Assembly (NCBI GenBank): GCA_905182785.1
Contig: CAJJDF010000024.1
Span: 3,954-67,953, forward strand
DNA: 64,000 nt
DNA from: an uncultured Flavobacteriales bacterium
Lineage (GTDB): Bacteria; Bacteroidota; Bacteroidia; Flavobacteriales_D; CAJJDF01
Direction of reading: 5' to 3'
How positions within the stretch are numbered: the stretch's first letter is position 1; every line of letters starts with the position of its first letter. This document shows, in pieces, positions 46,804-56,893 of the stretch. The notes under the pieces were generated by a model that saw nothing but the letters and a program-made list of their open reading frames with translations, had not been told where the DNA came from and made no database searches. The position numbers were made by a program, and so were the translations under genes.

Positions 46804-47562
46804 TTAATCTACTGAAAACGTATTCATTATGCACTTATCTCCGTCAAAATCAACAAAAGTATTGTGAGAAATCCATTCTCCTAGATTTATATAGGTGCTA
46901 TTTGGTTTTAAATCAACCGTAATTGGAAAATGTCTGTGCCCAAAAATAAAATAATCAAAGTGTTTTTCATTTAGCTTTTCGATAGAGTATTGAATCAACC
47001 ATTCTTTTTCTCTTCCCAAAAATTTATCGTCATTGACTGAGTGCTTTCTACTTTTTCGAGATAAATAATCGGCTAATCCTATTCCGAGATTAGGATGAAG
47101 TCTAGCAAAAAACCATTGACAAACTTTATTAGCAAAGATTGCTTTTATTATTTTGTACCCTCTGTCGCCAGAGCCTAGTCCATCTCCATGAGCAATAAGA
47201 AATGATTTCCCATTAATCTCTATTTCAATTTTTTCTCTTTCTATTGTTACTCCCAGTTCTTTTTCTAAATAATCGAACATCCACATATCATGGTTTCCTG
47301 TGAAAAACACAACTTGAATTCCAGAGTCTGTCAACTCTGCAATTTTTCCTGAAAACCTTGCGAAACCTCTAGGTATTACTTGTTTGTATTCGAACCAAAA
47401 ATCAAATATATCTCCTACCAAATAAATTATATGAGCCGAAGATTTGATTGAATCTAACCAAGACACAATTCTATCCTCTCTCTCCCTGCTCAATTGATGA
47501 GTAGGAACACCCAAATGAAAATCTGAGGCAAAATATATTTTTTTATCTTTTGGTAATTCCAT
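46804..47562 (-). CDS. lpxH: UDP-2,3-diacylglucosamine diphosphatase (LpxH-type metallophosphoesterase)
   Basis: 252 aa. YFASDFHLG, YLVGDIFDFWFEY, GNHD, HGD and GHRH metallophosphoesterase motifs, in the LpxH arrangement. Confidence 0.8.
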   Translation of the reverse strand: MELPKDKKIYFASDFHLGVPTHQLSREREDRIVSWLDSIKSSAHIIYLVGDIFDFWFEYKQVIPRGFARFSGKIAELTDSGIQVVFFTGNHDMWMFDYLEKELGVTIEREKIEIEINGKSFLIAHGDGLGSGDRGYKIIKAIFANKVCQWFFARLHPNLGIGLADYLSRKSRKHSVNDDKFLGREKEWLIQYSIEKLNEKHFDYFIFGHRHFPITVDLKPNSTYINLGEWISHNTFVDFDGDKCIMNTFSVD

Positions 47563-47564
47563 TG

Positions 47565-48605
47565 TTATTTGAACAGTTGTTCCAGTTTTCTTTCTAAGGC
47601 AGCTCCACGTAATTTCGTAGCAATAACTTTACCTTCTTTATCAATTAATACTGTGTAAGGAATTCCTCTAAATCCGTATAAACCTGTTGCTGCAGAACCC
47701 CATCCTTTGAGGTCACTTACATGATTCTCCCAGATTAATCCATCTTTAACAATGGCCGACATCCATTTAGATTTACTCTTGTCAAGTGAAACACTATACA
47801 CATCAAACCCTTGGTCTTTGTATTTATTATAAAGTCTTACTACAGTAGGGTTTTCCCTTCTACATGGTCCACACCATGAAGCCCAAAAATCAATTAAAAC
47901 ATATTTTCCTCTCAATGACTCTAACGTAATAATTTTCCCTTCAGGGTTAACCATATTGAGTTCTGGAGCGATTGCACCTGTTGGTGTTTTAGACGATTTT
48001 TTTGTCTTCTCCGTTTGCGAAATTTGTTTTAATGCAGATTTCAAACTGTTGTGGTAGTTGGAATTGTTATACGATTCTCCTATTCCTTTTTCTGCTATTT
48101 GAATTGCTTTTTTCAATTCTTTTGCGTCATTTAAAGCTATAAAGACAGCTAATGATTTTGAGTTCTTTTCAATGAATTCCATTGCGAATTTAGACATTGA
48201 GTCTTTTGACACCTCCTTATTATTCTTCATCTGATAAAACTCTTGGACTAATTTACTGTCAGCTGAGCCTTTCAATTCATAATCCTTGTTTTTAAAGTCT
48301 GCTGAAGATTTGATAAAAACTTCTTCACCTCCTTTAAGAATCAATAAATGAGATTCTTTTTTGTCGATAGTTAATTGGTAAAAATCATCTAAAACTATCC
48401 CTGTTTCCAGCTTGAATCGACCTAAGATATTAATTTTTGCTGAATCAACATATTCCACTTTATTCCCTTCATTGTGTTGAAGATAAATCACCTTACTTCT
48501 CCCTTTTTTTATCTTCCCATTTACCGTAGTTAGCTGCTGACTAAACCCTATAGAAGTTAATGTCATTAGGATAAACACAAGGATACTCTTAATTAATTTC
48601 ATCAA
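47565..48605 (-). CDS. TlpA-like thiol:disulfide oxidoreductase (thioredoxin fold) with a divergent N-terminal domain
   Basis: Signal peptide. C-terminal DFWASWCGPCRRENP (CxxC) thioredoxin domain. Confidence 0.8.
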   Translation of the reverse strand: MMKLIKSILVFILMTLTSIGFSQQLTTVNGKIKKGRSKVIYLQHNEGNKVEYVDSAKINILGRFKLETGIVLDDFYQLTIDKKESHLLILKGGEEVFIKSSADFKNKDYELKGSADSKLVQEFYQMKNNKEVSKDSMSKFAMEFIEKNSKSLAVFIALNDAKELKKAIQIAEKGIGESYNNSNYHNSLKSALKQISQTEKTKKSSKTPTGAIAPELNMVNPEGKIITLESLRGKYVLIDFWASWCGPCRRENPTVVRLYNKYKDQGFDVYSVSLDKSKSKWMSAIVKDGLIWENHVSDLKGWGSAATGLYGFRGIPYTVLIDKEGKVIATKLRGAALERKLEQLFK

Positions 48606-48650
48606 CTATTTGTTTTAATTTTTATTCTAATTATTACCTCACTAATTTAA

Positions 48651-49769
48651 TTACAACACTTTTTCCAAAGCCGTTTCAAGTGCTTCACCTCTTAATTTTT
48701 TTGCTAATATCTTACCCTCACGATCTATCAATACTGTAAATGGAATTCCTCCAAATCCATAAATTGAAACCGATTGCGATTTCCATCCTTTGAGATCACT
48801 CACGTGGTTTCCCCAAACTAATCCATCATCCTCTATGGCTTTGATCCACCTGTCTTTCTTTTCGTCTAATGAAAAACTGTAAACATCAAACCCTTGGTCC
48901 TTGTATTTATTGTATAATTTCACAACATTTGGGTTCTCCATTCTACATGGCTTGCACCAAGAAGCCCAAAAATCTAACAATACTACTTTACCTCTTAAAG
49001 AGGAAAGTTTTATATTGGTTCCATCAGGACCAGGAAAATCTAATTCTGGAGCTTCCGAGCCAATTGACAACATTGTCTTCATCTCCATTTGCGCTATGTA
49101 TTGATTCAAATTGGAGGTATAAGGAGTATTTGGCAGTGTTTTATTCAATTCTTGCGCCACTTCTTTGAACAATGTAAATTCAGATTCTGGTCTTATTTGT
49201 TCTAGTACAACTACTAATGCCTCCGAACCTTTATTGTCTTCTATAAATTGATTTCTAAATTTCACAAATTCTTGTGAAGCCATCATAGATTCTTTTTGAA
49301 GGATTTCTTGACCTGCAAAATTGTCTGGAGCTATTTGCTTCATTTTCATTGAAATTCCTTGATTGAACAGCATCATATCATACACTTTCTTATAAAAAAG
49401 TGCCATTTGTTCTGATTCTTGAGATCCATTCACATTATAATCAATCGTAAATTGCTGATTGTTTTTTATATCTAATTCAATTTTTTTGGTCTCATTTTTT
49501 ATCACAATAGGTAACGTGTTGACTCTAGAACTTCCAAAATGAAAAATACCTTTATTTGAATCTTGCAATTCAATCTTAAACTCACCATTCTTTCCAACAA
49601 GAGCTGAATCAATTGCACTCATTGATTTATCATTTAGTTTATAAATATAAACCATTTGATTAGACTCCAAACCAAGTGCTTGTATTTTCCCTTCTACTGT
49701 AGGGTTCGTCTCATTTCCACAGTTTATTAATGTAATGACTCCTATTATTGCTAGAACAATTTTTTTCAT
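48651..49769 (-). CDS. TlpA-like thiol:disulfide oxidoreductase, tandem paralogue
   Basis: Lipoprotein-like signal (LINCGN). C-terminal DFWASWCKPCRMENP domain about 70% identical by eye to the neighbouring gene's C-terminal domain. Confidence 0.8.
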   Translation of the reverse strand: MKKIVLAIIGVITLINCGNETNPTVEGKIQALGLESNQMVYIYKLNDKSMSAIDSALVGKNGEFKIELQDSNKGIFHFGSSRVNTLPIVIKNETKKIELDIKNNQQFTIDYNVNGSQESEQMALFYKKVYDMMLFNQGISMKMKQIAPDNFAGQEILQKESMMASQEFVKFRNQFIEDNKGSEALVVVLEQIRPESEFTLFKEVAQELNKTLPNTPYTSNLNQYIAQMEMKTMLSIGSEAPELDFPGPDGTNIKLSSLRGKVVLLDFWASWCKPCRMENPNVVKLYNKYKDQGFDVYSFSLDEKKDRWIKAIEDDGLVWGNHVSDLKGWKSQSVSIYGFGGIPFTVLIDREGKILAKKLRGEALETALEKVL

Positions 49770-49775
49770 AGTTGC

Positions 49776-51230
49776 TTATTTATCTAGTATTTCTCTCAGT
49801 TTTTGATTGGTTAATTTAGGGTCTGCCTTTCCTTGTGAAAGTTTCATCACTTCTCCCATAAATAACCCCAACAATCCTTTTTTTCCTGATTTGTACTCTT
49901 CTACTTTTTCTGGAAATTTACTTAATGCTTTGTTTATTAATTCTTCTATTGCTCCTTCGTCAGAGTTTTGAATCCAATTATTTGCCTCTGCTATTGACAA
50001 AGGTGATTTTGAAGGCGTTTCTATCAACAGTGGGAATACCTTTTGAGAAGCGACTGAATTACTAATTTTGTTATCGTCAATCAGTTGAATTAACTCCCCA
50101 ATCTTTTTTGGTTCAACCTCAAACTCATCTATTTCTATCGCTTTTTCATTCAAATACGATTTAATATTTACGGTTACCCAATTGGAAGCAGATTTATAGT
50201 TGGAAGTATTCTTAATTACTGCCTCAAAATATAATGCTTCTTCTTTGTTTTCGGTTAATACCAAAGCATCATATTCTGATAGGTTTAATTCTTCTGTATA
50301 TTTTTTGAATAATTGGTTTGGCAAAGGAGGCATTACCTCTTTTATCTTCTCAACATATTCTGCTGTAACTTGTAACGGTTGTAAATCTGGCTCTGGGAAA
50401 AAACGGTAATCATTAGCAGCCTCTTTACTTCTCATGGATATTGTAGAACCATTAGCAGCATTAAAACTTCTGGTTTCCATTTTTATTATTTCGCCTTGTT
50501 CTAATAAATCAATTTGTCTTTTTACTTCAAAATCTATTGCTTTTTGAACATTTCGCATGGAGTTCATGTTCTTCACCTCTGTTCTATTACCAAATACTTT
50601 AGCCCCTTTTAGCATGACCGAAACATTGGCATCACATCTCAAACTTCCTTCCTCCATATTTCCATCACAAATATCAAGGTAACGAACCAATTTTCTTACT
50701 TCAGAAACATAGTCATAAGCTTCCTGAGATGATTTTATTTGTGGCTCTGATACAATCTCAATAAGCGGAACTCCTGCTCTATTTAAATCAATAAGAGAAT
50801 TGAAAGGATCCAAATCATGAATACTTTTTCCTGCATCTTCCTCCAAATGAATTCTTGTTAATTCTATTTGTCTGGCGTTTCCGTTTTCATCTTTTATCTG
50901 AATAAAACCTCCTGTACAAATAGGCGTTTCATCTTGAGTGATTTGGTAACCTTTTGGTAAATCTGGATAGAAATAATTTTTTCTTGCAAAAATCATTTCT
51001 TTAGTGATCGTGCTTTCACAAGCCAATCCCATTTTTACGGCAAAATTAATTCCTTGCTTGTTGTATTTAGGCAAAGTCCCCGGATGCCCAAGTGTTACTA
51101 CACTCACATTGGTATTAGGAGTAGAACCGTATTCGTTTCTATCGCTTGAATAGGCTTTGGATTTGGTCATCAATTGTGCATGAACCTCCAATCCTATTAC
51201 TGTCTCGTATTTATCGTAAATAGTACTCAA
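49776..51230 (-). CDS. gatB: Asp-tRNA(Asn)/Glu-tRNA(Gln) amidotransferase subunit B
   Basis: 484 aa with a TTG start. YETVIGLEVHAQL, NRAGVPLIEIVSEP, RCDANVS and a C-terminal GatB_Yqey-like tail. Confidence 0.95.
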   Translation of the reverse strand: MSTIYDKYETVIGLEVHAQLMTKSKAYSSDRNEYGSTPNTNVSVVTLGHPGTLPKYNKQGINFAVKMGLACESTITKEMIFARKNYFYPDLPKGYQITQDETPICTGGFIQIKDENGNARQIELTRIHLEEDAGKSIHDLDPFNSLIDLNRAGVPLIEIVSEPQIKSSQEAYDYVSEVRKLVRYLDICDGNMEEGSLRCDANVSVMLKGAKVFGNRTEVKNMNSMRNVQKAIDFEVKRQIDLLEQGEIIKMETRSFNAANGSTISMRSKEAANDYRFFPEPDLQPLQVTAEYVEKIKEVMPPLPNQLFKKYTEELNLSEYDALVLTENKEEALYFEAVIKNTSNYKSASNWVTVNIKSYLNEKAIEIDEFEVEPKKIGELIQLIDDNKISNSVASQKVFPLLIETPSKSPLSIAEANNWIQNSDEGAIEELINKALSKFPEKVEEYKSGKKGLLGLFMGEVMKLSQGKADPKLTNQKLREILDK

Positions 51231-51232
51231 AT

Positions 51233-52618
51233 TTAGTGTTTTATTAATTTAATACTTTGTGCAAAAGTACTATTAAAAATGGTTACAACATAAACTCCGG
51301 CAGGGATTTCATTAGGGATTTGTATTTGCACTTTTTCCAAAAAGTTATTTTCAAATTTATTACTGACAATTTTCTTTCCATTTATGTCTCTAACTTCAAC
51401 GTTATAACCCTCATTGTAATTACTCAACCCCATCAAATAGAATTGATTAGATGCGGGATTTGGAAACAATGAAAATCTATTTTTATTTGCTATTTCATCT
51501 ATTGAAGTTGCTTGAGAAACATCCAATATAAAAAGTCCTTCTTGCATATCTGAAGCTAACAAAACACCCGAAGGCAAAAACGGATAAATTCCCCAACACC
51601 CTTTGAAACTTAAAAAATTAAGCTCTTTGGAAGTATCATAAAAACCAGTAAGAATAGGACTTGAAGGATTCTTAATGTTATATACATAAACTCCATTGTA
51701 ATAATAAGCAACATACATCAAATCTCCTTTTATTATTTGATTATGAAGAATTGCACTGTTGTCTGTTATTCCTACAGTATCTAAAAAAGTAATGTTAGAT
51801 AAATCGGAAACATCAAGCATTTTCAGTTTTTTACCGTGTGTCTCATCTCCCAATGCATAAGTGTTTCCATCTTCACTTAGCCAACCAGAGTGGTTATATC
51901 CTTTGTCGGGATAAGAAGAAATACTTCCTAATAAAACTGGTGTAGTACTAAAATCTACTACGAATAATCCGCTTCCTGCATTGCAGTAGGCTGTATCATT
52001 TCTTACAAACACATCATGAACATAACCACCAGATGTACCGACATTTGCTGCCCACCAGGAAATGTCTGTTTCACATCTATAAATTAATTGGGGTGACAAT
52101 GGATTTGATAATGAGTAAACACTAAATTTTCTGGATGACCCTCCTCCACAAGAATACAATTTCCCTCTCGCAGAGTCTATAAAAATATTATGTGAAAGCT
52201 TAATCGCAGTATCTTGATCATATACCAAACTGACTGAATCAGGTAAATAGGATAAATCTACAATTTGTAAAGAACCGTTTCCTTCGTCAGTTGCTATGTA
52301 CAAATATCCCTGGTAATCGTGATAATCTCTGTGCACAATTTGCCTTCCTGTATCTCTCCCTTGAACAAAATCTACTAGAGTTGGCGATTGAGGATTTGTG
52401 ACATCAAAAAAATGGGTACCTCTAGTTGTCCCAATAATAGCGTACTCTCTTCCATTCTTAGCATATCCCCATACTTCGTTATAAGCATTGTTATAAAGAT
52501 TAGTAGCAGACAAGGAATTATCTTTCCAATTATATAACACCTTCATGTTCAAACTATCTTGAGCCAAATAGCCAAAACTCATTGAAAATAAAAGTAAAAA
52601 GAGTATGTGTTTTTTCAT
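51233..52618 (-). CDS. LVIVD-repeat / choice-of-anchor-B-like beta-propeller protein with T9SS C-terminal sorting domain
   Basis: Signal peptide MKKHILFLLLFSMSFGYLAQ (start moved to the ATG at 52618). YNNAYNEVWGYAKNGREYAIIGTTRGTHFFDVTNPQSP is typical of the family as I remember it. C-terminal LFPNPASNQFYL...GVYVVTI is the CTD. Confidence 0.6.
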   Translation of the reverse strand: MKKHILFLLLFSMSFGYLAQDSLNMKVLYNWKDNSLSATNLYNNAYNEVWGYAKNGREYAIIGTTRGTHFFDVTNPQSPTLVDFVQGRDTGRQIVHRDYHDYQGYLYIATDEGNGSLQIVDLSYLPDSVSLVYDQDTAIKLSHNIFIDSARGKLYSCGGGSSRKFSVYSLSNPLSPQLIYRCETDISWWAANVGTSGGYVHDVFVRNDTAYCNAGSGLFVVDFSTTPVLLGSISSYPDKGYNHSGWLSEDGNTYALGDETHGKKLKMLDVSDLSNITFLDTVGITDNSAILHNQIIKGDLMYVAYYYNGVYVYNIKNPSSPILTGFYDTSKELNFLSFKGCWGIYPFLPSGVLLASDMQEGLFILDVSQATSIDEIANKNRFSLFPNPASNQFYLMGLSNYNEGYNVEVRDINGKKIVSNKFENNFLEKVQIQIPNEIPAGVYVVTIFNSTFAQSIKLIKH

Positions 52619-52645
52619 TGTTATAAAATAAGGAACTAATGTAGC

Positions 52646-52675
52646 CAAAAAAAGCCTTGCTTTCGCAAGACTTTT
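52646..52675 (-). terminator. possible terminator or attenuator hairpin after the vWA-PKD gene
   Basis: The minus strand reads gtcttgc-gaaa-gcaaggc (one mismatch) followed by 7 U. It lies only about 28 nt upstream of the next gene's start, so it may not terminate fully. Confidence 0.35.
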
Positions 52676-52695
52676 TAAGTTTTAATTAAGGATTT

Positions 52696-54981
52696 TTATT
52701 TAGTAATTTTTATCTGACCAATAAACTCTTTGGTGACGTTATTTTTACTTTTTACTATAATTCGATAAACATAAGCATCTGTTTGACTCATCAGTCCATT
52801 ATACTTTCCGTCCCAAGAGTCTGTAGGGTCAGTTGAATGAAAAATTTCTTCTCCCCATCTATCAAAAATAAATATTTCATATTCAACAATTCCTTCTACA
52901 AATACTTTGAATAACTCATTATTTCCATCTCCATTTGGAGTAAATGTATTAGGTGCATATAAAATAAAACCATCCAAAATAGAAACCTCTTTGTTTATAG
53001 AGTCTTTACATCCATATTGATTTATGGCCAGTAGTTTCACGTTATACTTTCTTTCCGAATCAGATGGAAAAGTAACTGTACAGGGTGAAGTTAATATAGA
53101 TGTTCCTGTTGGTCCTGCAAAATCAAAATCCCACAAATAACCTAATGCTCCAGTTGTGTTATTTGCAAAACAAACCTTTGTGTCAAACACAAATATCTCT
53201 AAAGGTGAAAAATTGAAATCGGGTATTGGTAGTGGCCTCACAACAATATTTATTGTCGTATCGTCTGTACAAGCAGAATCAGTAGTAACAGTTAATGTTA
53301 TAGGAAATGCTCCACCTGTAGGGAAAGTGTAAACAGGACTAGGAACAGTAGGAAACCCTGGAATATTCCATGCCCAATTAGTTATTACTCCTGAACTTAC
53401 TGTAGATAAATCTGCAAATGTTGTTGCTTGAGTTAAACAAGCTACACCCGCATCATAACTGGCAACTGGTTTTGGATTTATTACAATTGGTAATGAAAAT
53501 GTATCGGCACACATTTTGTCTGTTGTTGCAATTAATTGTACCGTATAGGATCCCACAGTATTGAATGCGTAGGTAGGATTTTGTAATAAACTAACTCCTC
53601 CATCTCCAAAATCCCAAGCCCAATCCATTGTTGCTAGACTTGCTGGAATAGATGTGGTTGTTATATTTACAGGTGAAGTATTTACAAACTGACATTGATT
53701 ACTGATAGAAAATTGTGTGTTTGGCAAATCGTTTATTACTACGTTTTTTGTAATCGTATCGGAACAGACAGATGAACTTTTCACAATTAAAGTTACAGGA
53801 ATTGTACCTGGCAAAGCATAAACATGGGTTGTGTCAGGAATAAAAGTTGATCCTGAACCGTCTCCAAAATCCCAAGAAAGAGAACTGATTGAACCGGTCG
53901 TTGTGTTAGTAAAAGTTGTCGCAGAGGATAAACAAACCGTATCTGATAAAAAATCGGCAACTAAAGTTGGATTTACAACTACGGGTTGAGTTAAAGTATC
54001 TTTACAGGTAGAATCATCTGACCAAACAATAAAAGTTACTTGGTAGATACCTGCTGCAGCATACAAATGAGAAGGAGAAATAACGGTATCTGAATTCCCA
54101 TCTCCAAAATTCCAAGACACATAACTAGTTGGAAAAGTAACATTACTTGAAAACCTTGCGCTATCTCCCAAGCAGATAGTATCGTTTGGAAATTGAGCAC
54201 TAAAAGATCCTGCATTAATATTTGCTAATGCAGTATCAACATTTTGCTGACTAAGCTGAAAACCAGCAAAAGAATAATATTTTCTTGGGCCTCCAGCCCC
54301 TTGAGGATCTCCTGGATTTAAAGCTCTCGTTCCGGCATAACTTCCTCCTTTACTTGATATGGCTGCTCCAGCTTGTTGAGCTGTTGTGTTAGTTCCAAAA
54401 GTTACATGATAGACAGTCCATTCTGATAAAAAAGTTGATTTATGTAAATTATATTCACCGTAATTTGGCAAAGCTAGGGTTGCAAGACCATTGTTTATTA
54501 AGTGAGAACAACAACCAGTCCCCCCATATGCGGCATCTGTAAATAAGAAGACTCTAGTATTACAAGCCCCAGTAATTAAATCGACACTTTTTCCTGCATA
54601 CCAAATACTGTCTCTTCTCATTTTCTCTAAAGAACCCGGTAAGTGATCCTGAAAATATCCGGAGTTAACAGTTCCTCCGGTTGCATAAGCTCTACTCCAT
54701 GTTTGAGCAGTTGTAGTATTTGTAGTAAATGGGACCGAGATTGCATACGTATGGTTTGTTGCATTCTGAGAAGCATATTGTAAAACAGTTATTTCAGAAC
54801 CAGGATACTGCCTTAATAATTGGGCAGAAATTGTATCGATAGATCTTTTCATATCTGTAAATTCTGTTGTGGAAACCGATCCAGAATTATCTATAATGAA
54901 TACCAATTTTGTACACCCACATTGGGAGAATCCCACGCCTAAAACAAGGCTGAACATGAAAGAAAATAGTAACTTCTTCAT
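52696..54981 (-). CDS. vWA-domain protein with about five PKD-like repeats and a type B T9SS (gliding-motility-associated) C-terminal domain
   Basis: Signal peptide (start moved to MKKLLFSF at 54981). MIDAS motif DNSGS in VFIIDNSGSVS. Repeated W(D/N)FGDG...Y PKD cores. C-terminal PNTFTPNGDGNNELF...IFDRWGEEIF...WDGKYNG...YVYRI is the type B sorting domain. Confidence 0.8.
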   Translation of the reverse strand: MKKLLFSFMFSLVLGVGFSQCGCTKLVFIIDNSGSVSTTEFTDMKRSIDTISAQLLRQYPGSEITVLQYASQNATNHTYAISVPFTTNTTTAQTWSRAYATGGTVNSGYFQDHLPGSLEKMRRDSIWYAGKSVDLITGACNTRVFLFTDAAYGGTGCCSHLINNGLATLALPNYGEYNLHKSTFLSEWTVYHVTFGTNTTAQQAGAAISSKGGSYAGTRALNPGDPQGAGGPRKYYSFAGFQLSQQNVDTALANINAGSFSAQFPNDTICLGDSARFSSNVTFPTSYVSWNFGDGNSDTVISPSHLYAAAGIYQVTFIVWSDDSTCKDTLTQPVVVNPTLVADFLSDTVCLSSATTFTNTTTGSISSLSWDFGDGSGSTFIPDTTHVYALPGTIPVTLIVKSSSVCSDTITKNVVINDLPNTQFSISNQCQFVNTSPVNITTTSIPASLATMDWAWDFGDGGVSLLQNPTYAFNTVGSYTVQLIATTDKMCADTFSLPIVINPKPVASYDAGVACLTQATTFADLSTVSSGVITNWAWNIPGFPTVPSPVYTFPTGGAFPITLTVTTDSACTDDTTINIVVRPLPIPDFNFSPLEIFVFDTKVCFANNTTGALGYLWDFDFAGPTGTSILTSPCTVTFPSDSERKYNVKLLAINQYGCKDSINKEVSILDGFILYAPNTFTPNGDGNNELFKVFVEGIVEYEIFIFDRWGEEIFHSTDPTDSWDGKYNGLMSQTDAYVYRIIVKSKNNVTKEFIGQIKITK

Positions 54982-55056
54982 AAAATTAATAGTTTTAGAT
55001 TCCAAACCATTGCTTGGATAAGAAAAATACGAAAAATAAACGGAAGTGGTTGCCTA

Positions 55057-55869
55057 TTACAGTGAAGAAATTAACTCTTTTGTTATAATCGTCATTTTAG
55101 GTTCAGCTTTATTGGCAACTTCTTGTACAATTTCGTGAGTCATTTCTATAATTTTTCCTGGCACTCCAAGATCTGTAATGATAGAAAAACCAAAACAAGG
55201 AATTCCCATATGACGTGCTGCAATAACCTCTGGCACAGTAGACATCCCTACCGCATCTGCTCCAATTTTTCTTACATAAACATATTCTGCTGGAGTTTCT
55301 AAGGTGGGTCCAGAAAGGCCTGCATAAGAACCTTGAGCTACTTTTATGTTGTTAGCTTTGGCAATCTCGTGCGCTTTGGCAATTAATTTCTTATCATACG
55401 GTTCGCTCATATCAGGGAATCTTGGCCCTAATTCATCCATGTTTTTTCCAATCAATGGATTATCTCCAAATAAATTAATATGATCATCCATAATCATGAT
55501 TTCACCTATCTCGAAATCTGGATTTACTCCTCCACTTGCATTAGAAACAATCAAGGTTTTTATTCCTAAAAACTTCATCACTCTCACGGGGAAAACCACT
55601 TCATTCATGGAGTAACCCTCATAGTAATGAAATCTTCCTTGAAGTGCTACTACTCTTTTTTCTCCAAGTATTCCAATAATTAATTTACCTGAATGTCCTT
55701 CCACAGTAGAAATAGGGAAATTTGGAATATTTTCATAATCAAAACTGTGTTCAATTTCTATTTCATTTACAAGGCCACCAAGCCCAGTTCCTAAAATTAT
55801 TCCTACTTCACACTCGTTTTTTATTCTCTGTTTTAAAAAAGCTGCCGTTTCTTTAATTTGCTTTAACAT
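55057..55869 (-). CDS. purine nucleoside phosphorylase (PNP/MTAP family 2)
   Basis: 270 aa. GIILGTGLGGL, GRFHYYEGY, NASGG and VGMSTVPEV motifs. Confidence 0.9.
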   Translation of the reverse strand: MLKQIKETAAFLKQRIKNECEVGIILGTGLGGLVNEIEIEHSFDYENIPNFPISTVEGHSGKLIIGILGEKRVVALQGRFHYYEGYSMNEVVFPVRVMKFLGIKTLIVSNASGGVNPDFEIGEIMIMDDHINLFGDNPLIGKNMDELGPRFPDMSEPYDKKLIAKAHEIAKANNIKVAQGSYAGLSGPTLETPAEYVYVRKIGADAVGMSTVPEVIAARHMGIPCFGFSIITDLGVPGKIIEMTHEIVQEVANKAEPKMTIITKELISSL

Positions 55870-56893
55870 AGTTTTTTATCAATTTATCAAATTCATTTTT
55901 CTTGCTTATTATTTCAATCTCAATGTCGAGATAGTAAACAGGATATTTTACCAATTCTTTATAAGACTTTAGTCTCATTGCATCTTTTTCTGTAGTTACA
56001 ATAAATTTATTTTCTACTTTTATATTCTCAAAAGTAGTGATAATATTTTGAATATTTTTATCAGTAAATGAGTGGTGGTCGGGAAATTTCAAATGAAGTA
56101 ACTCTTTATTTTTCTCTTCCAGGTAATTTTGTAAGGGTTTTGGATTTGCAATTCCTGTGATTAACAACAGTTCGTCTATGGAGTCGAATTCTAGCACACT
56201 CTCATCCCAAACAGATCTTAATTTTCCATATTTAATTCTTGAAAAGAAAACTTGCTGGTTGCCAGTTGCCTTCAATTTACTTTCCATTTCCCCCTGTTTT
56301 TCTGTAGTCAAATCATTTGGGCATTTGGTTACAATAATTACATCTGCTCTTTTCTTACCATAAGAAAACTCACGTAAATTTCCCGTAGGCAACATAAAAT
56401 CTTTATAAAAAGGAGACTTATAATCCGTCAATAGTACAGAAAATCCAGATTTTATTGCTCTGTGCTGGAATGCGTCATCCATAATTACCAAATCTGGTAA
56501 TTCTTCTTGTGACATTATATTTATAATTCCATTCACTCTTTTGGCGTCTACATAAACAGAAATGTCATAAAATTTAGAATAAAACTGTAACGGTTCATCT
56601 CCTATATCTTGGGCTGTGGAAGTTTCCTTTGCTTTTTGATATCCTGTTTTTATTCTCCCGTAACCTCTTGATAAGGTTGCTGTTTTATAATCGCCCTTCA
56701 GTAATCTTATTAAATATTCTACGTGAGGAGTTTTTCCTGTTCCTCCAGCAGAGAGGTTTCCAACTTGGATAGTTTTTACATCAAATTCACTTGATTTCAT
56801 TATTTTTTTATCGAACAAAAAATTCCTGAAAGCAACTATTAATCCATATAAAATAGAAAATGGAAATAGAATATAGCGAATGATTTTTACCAT
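55853..56893 (-). CDS. lpxK: tetraacyldisaccharide 4'-kinase
   Basis: 346 aa. N-terminal membrane helix, then VGNLSAGGTGKTPHVEYL (P-loop) and LSRGYGR. Confidence 0.9.
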   Translation of the reverse strand: MVKIIRYILFPFSILYGLIVAFRNFLFDKKIMKSSEFDVKTIQVGNLSAGGTGKTPHVEYLIRLLKGDYKTATLSRGYGRIKTGYQKAKETSTAQDIGDEPLQFYSKFYDISVYVDAKRVNGIINIMSQEELPDLVIMDDAFQHRAIKSGFSVLLTDYKSPFYKDFMLPTGNLREFSYGKKRADVIIVTKCPNDLTTEKQGEMESKLKATGNQQVFFSRIKYGKLRSVWDESVLEFDSIDELLLITGIANPKPLQNYLEEKNKELLHLKFPDHHSFTDKNIQNIITTFENIKVENKFIVTTEKDAMRLKSYKELVKYPVYYLDIEIEIISKKNEFDKLIKNYVKAN

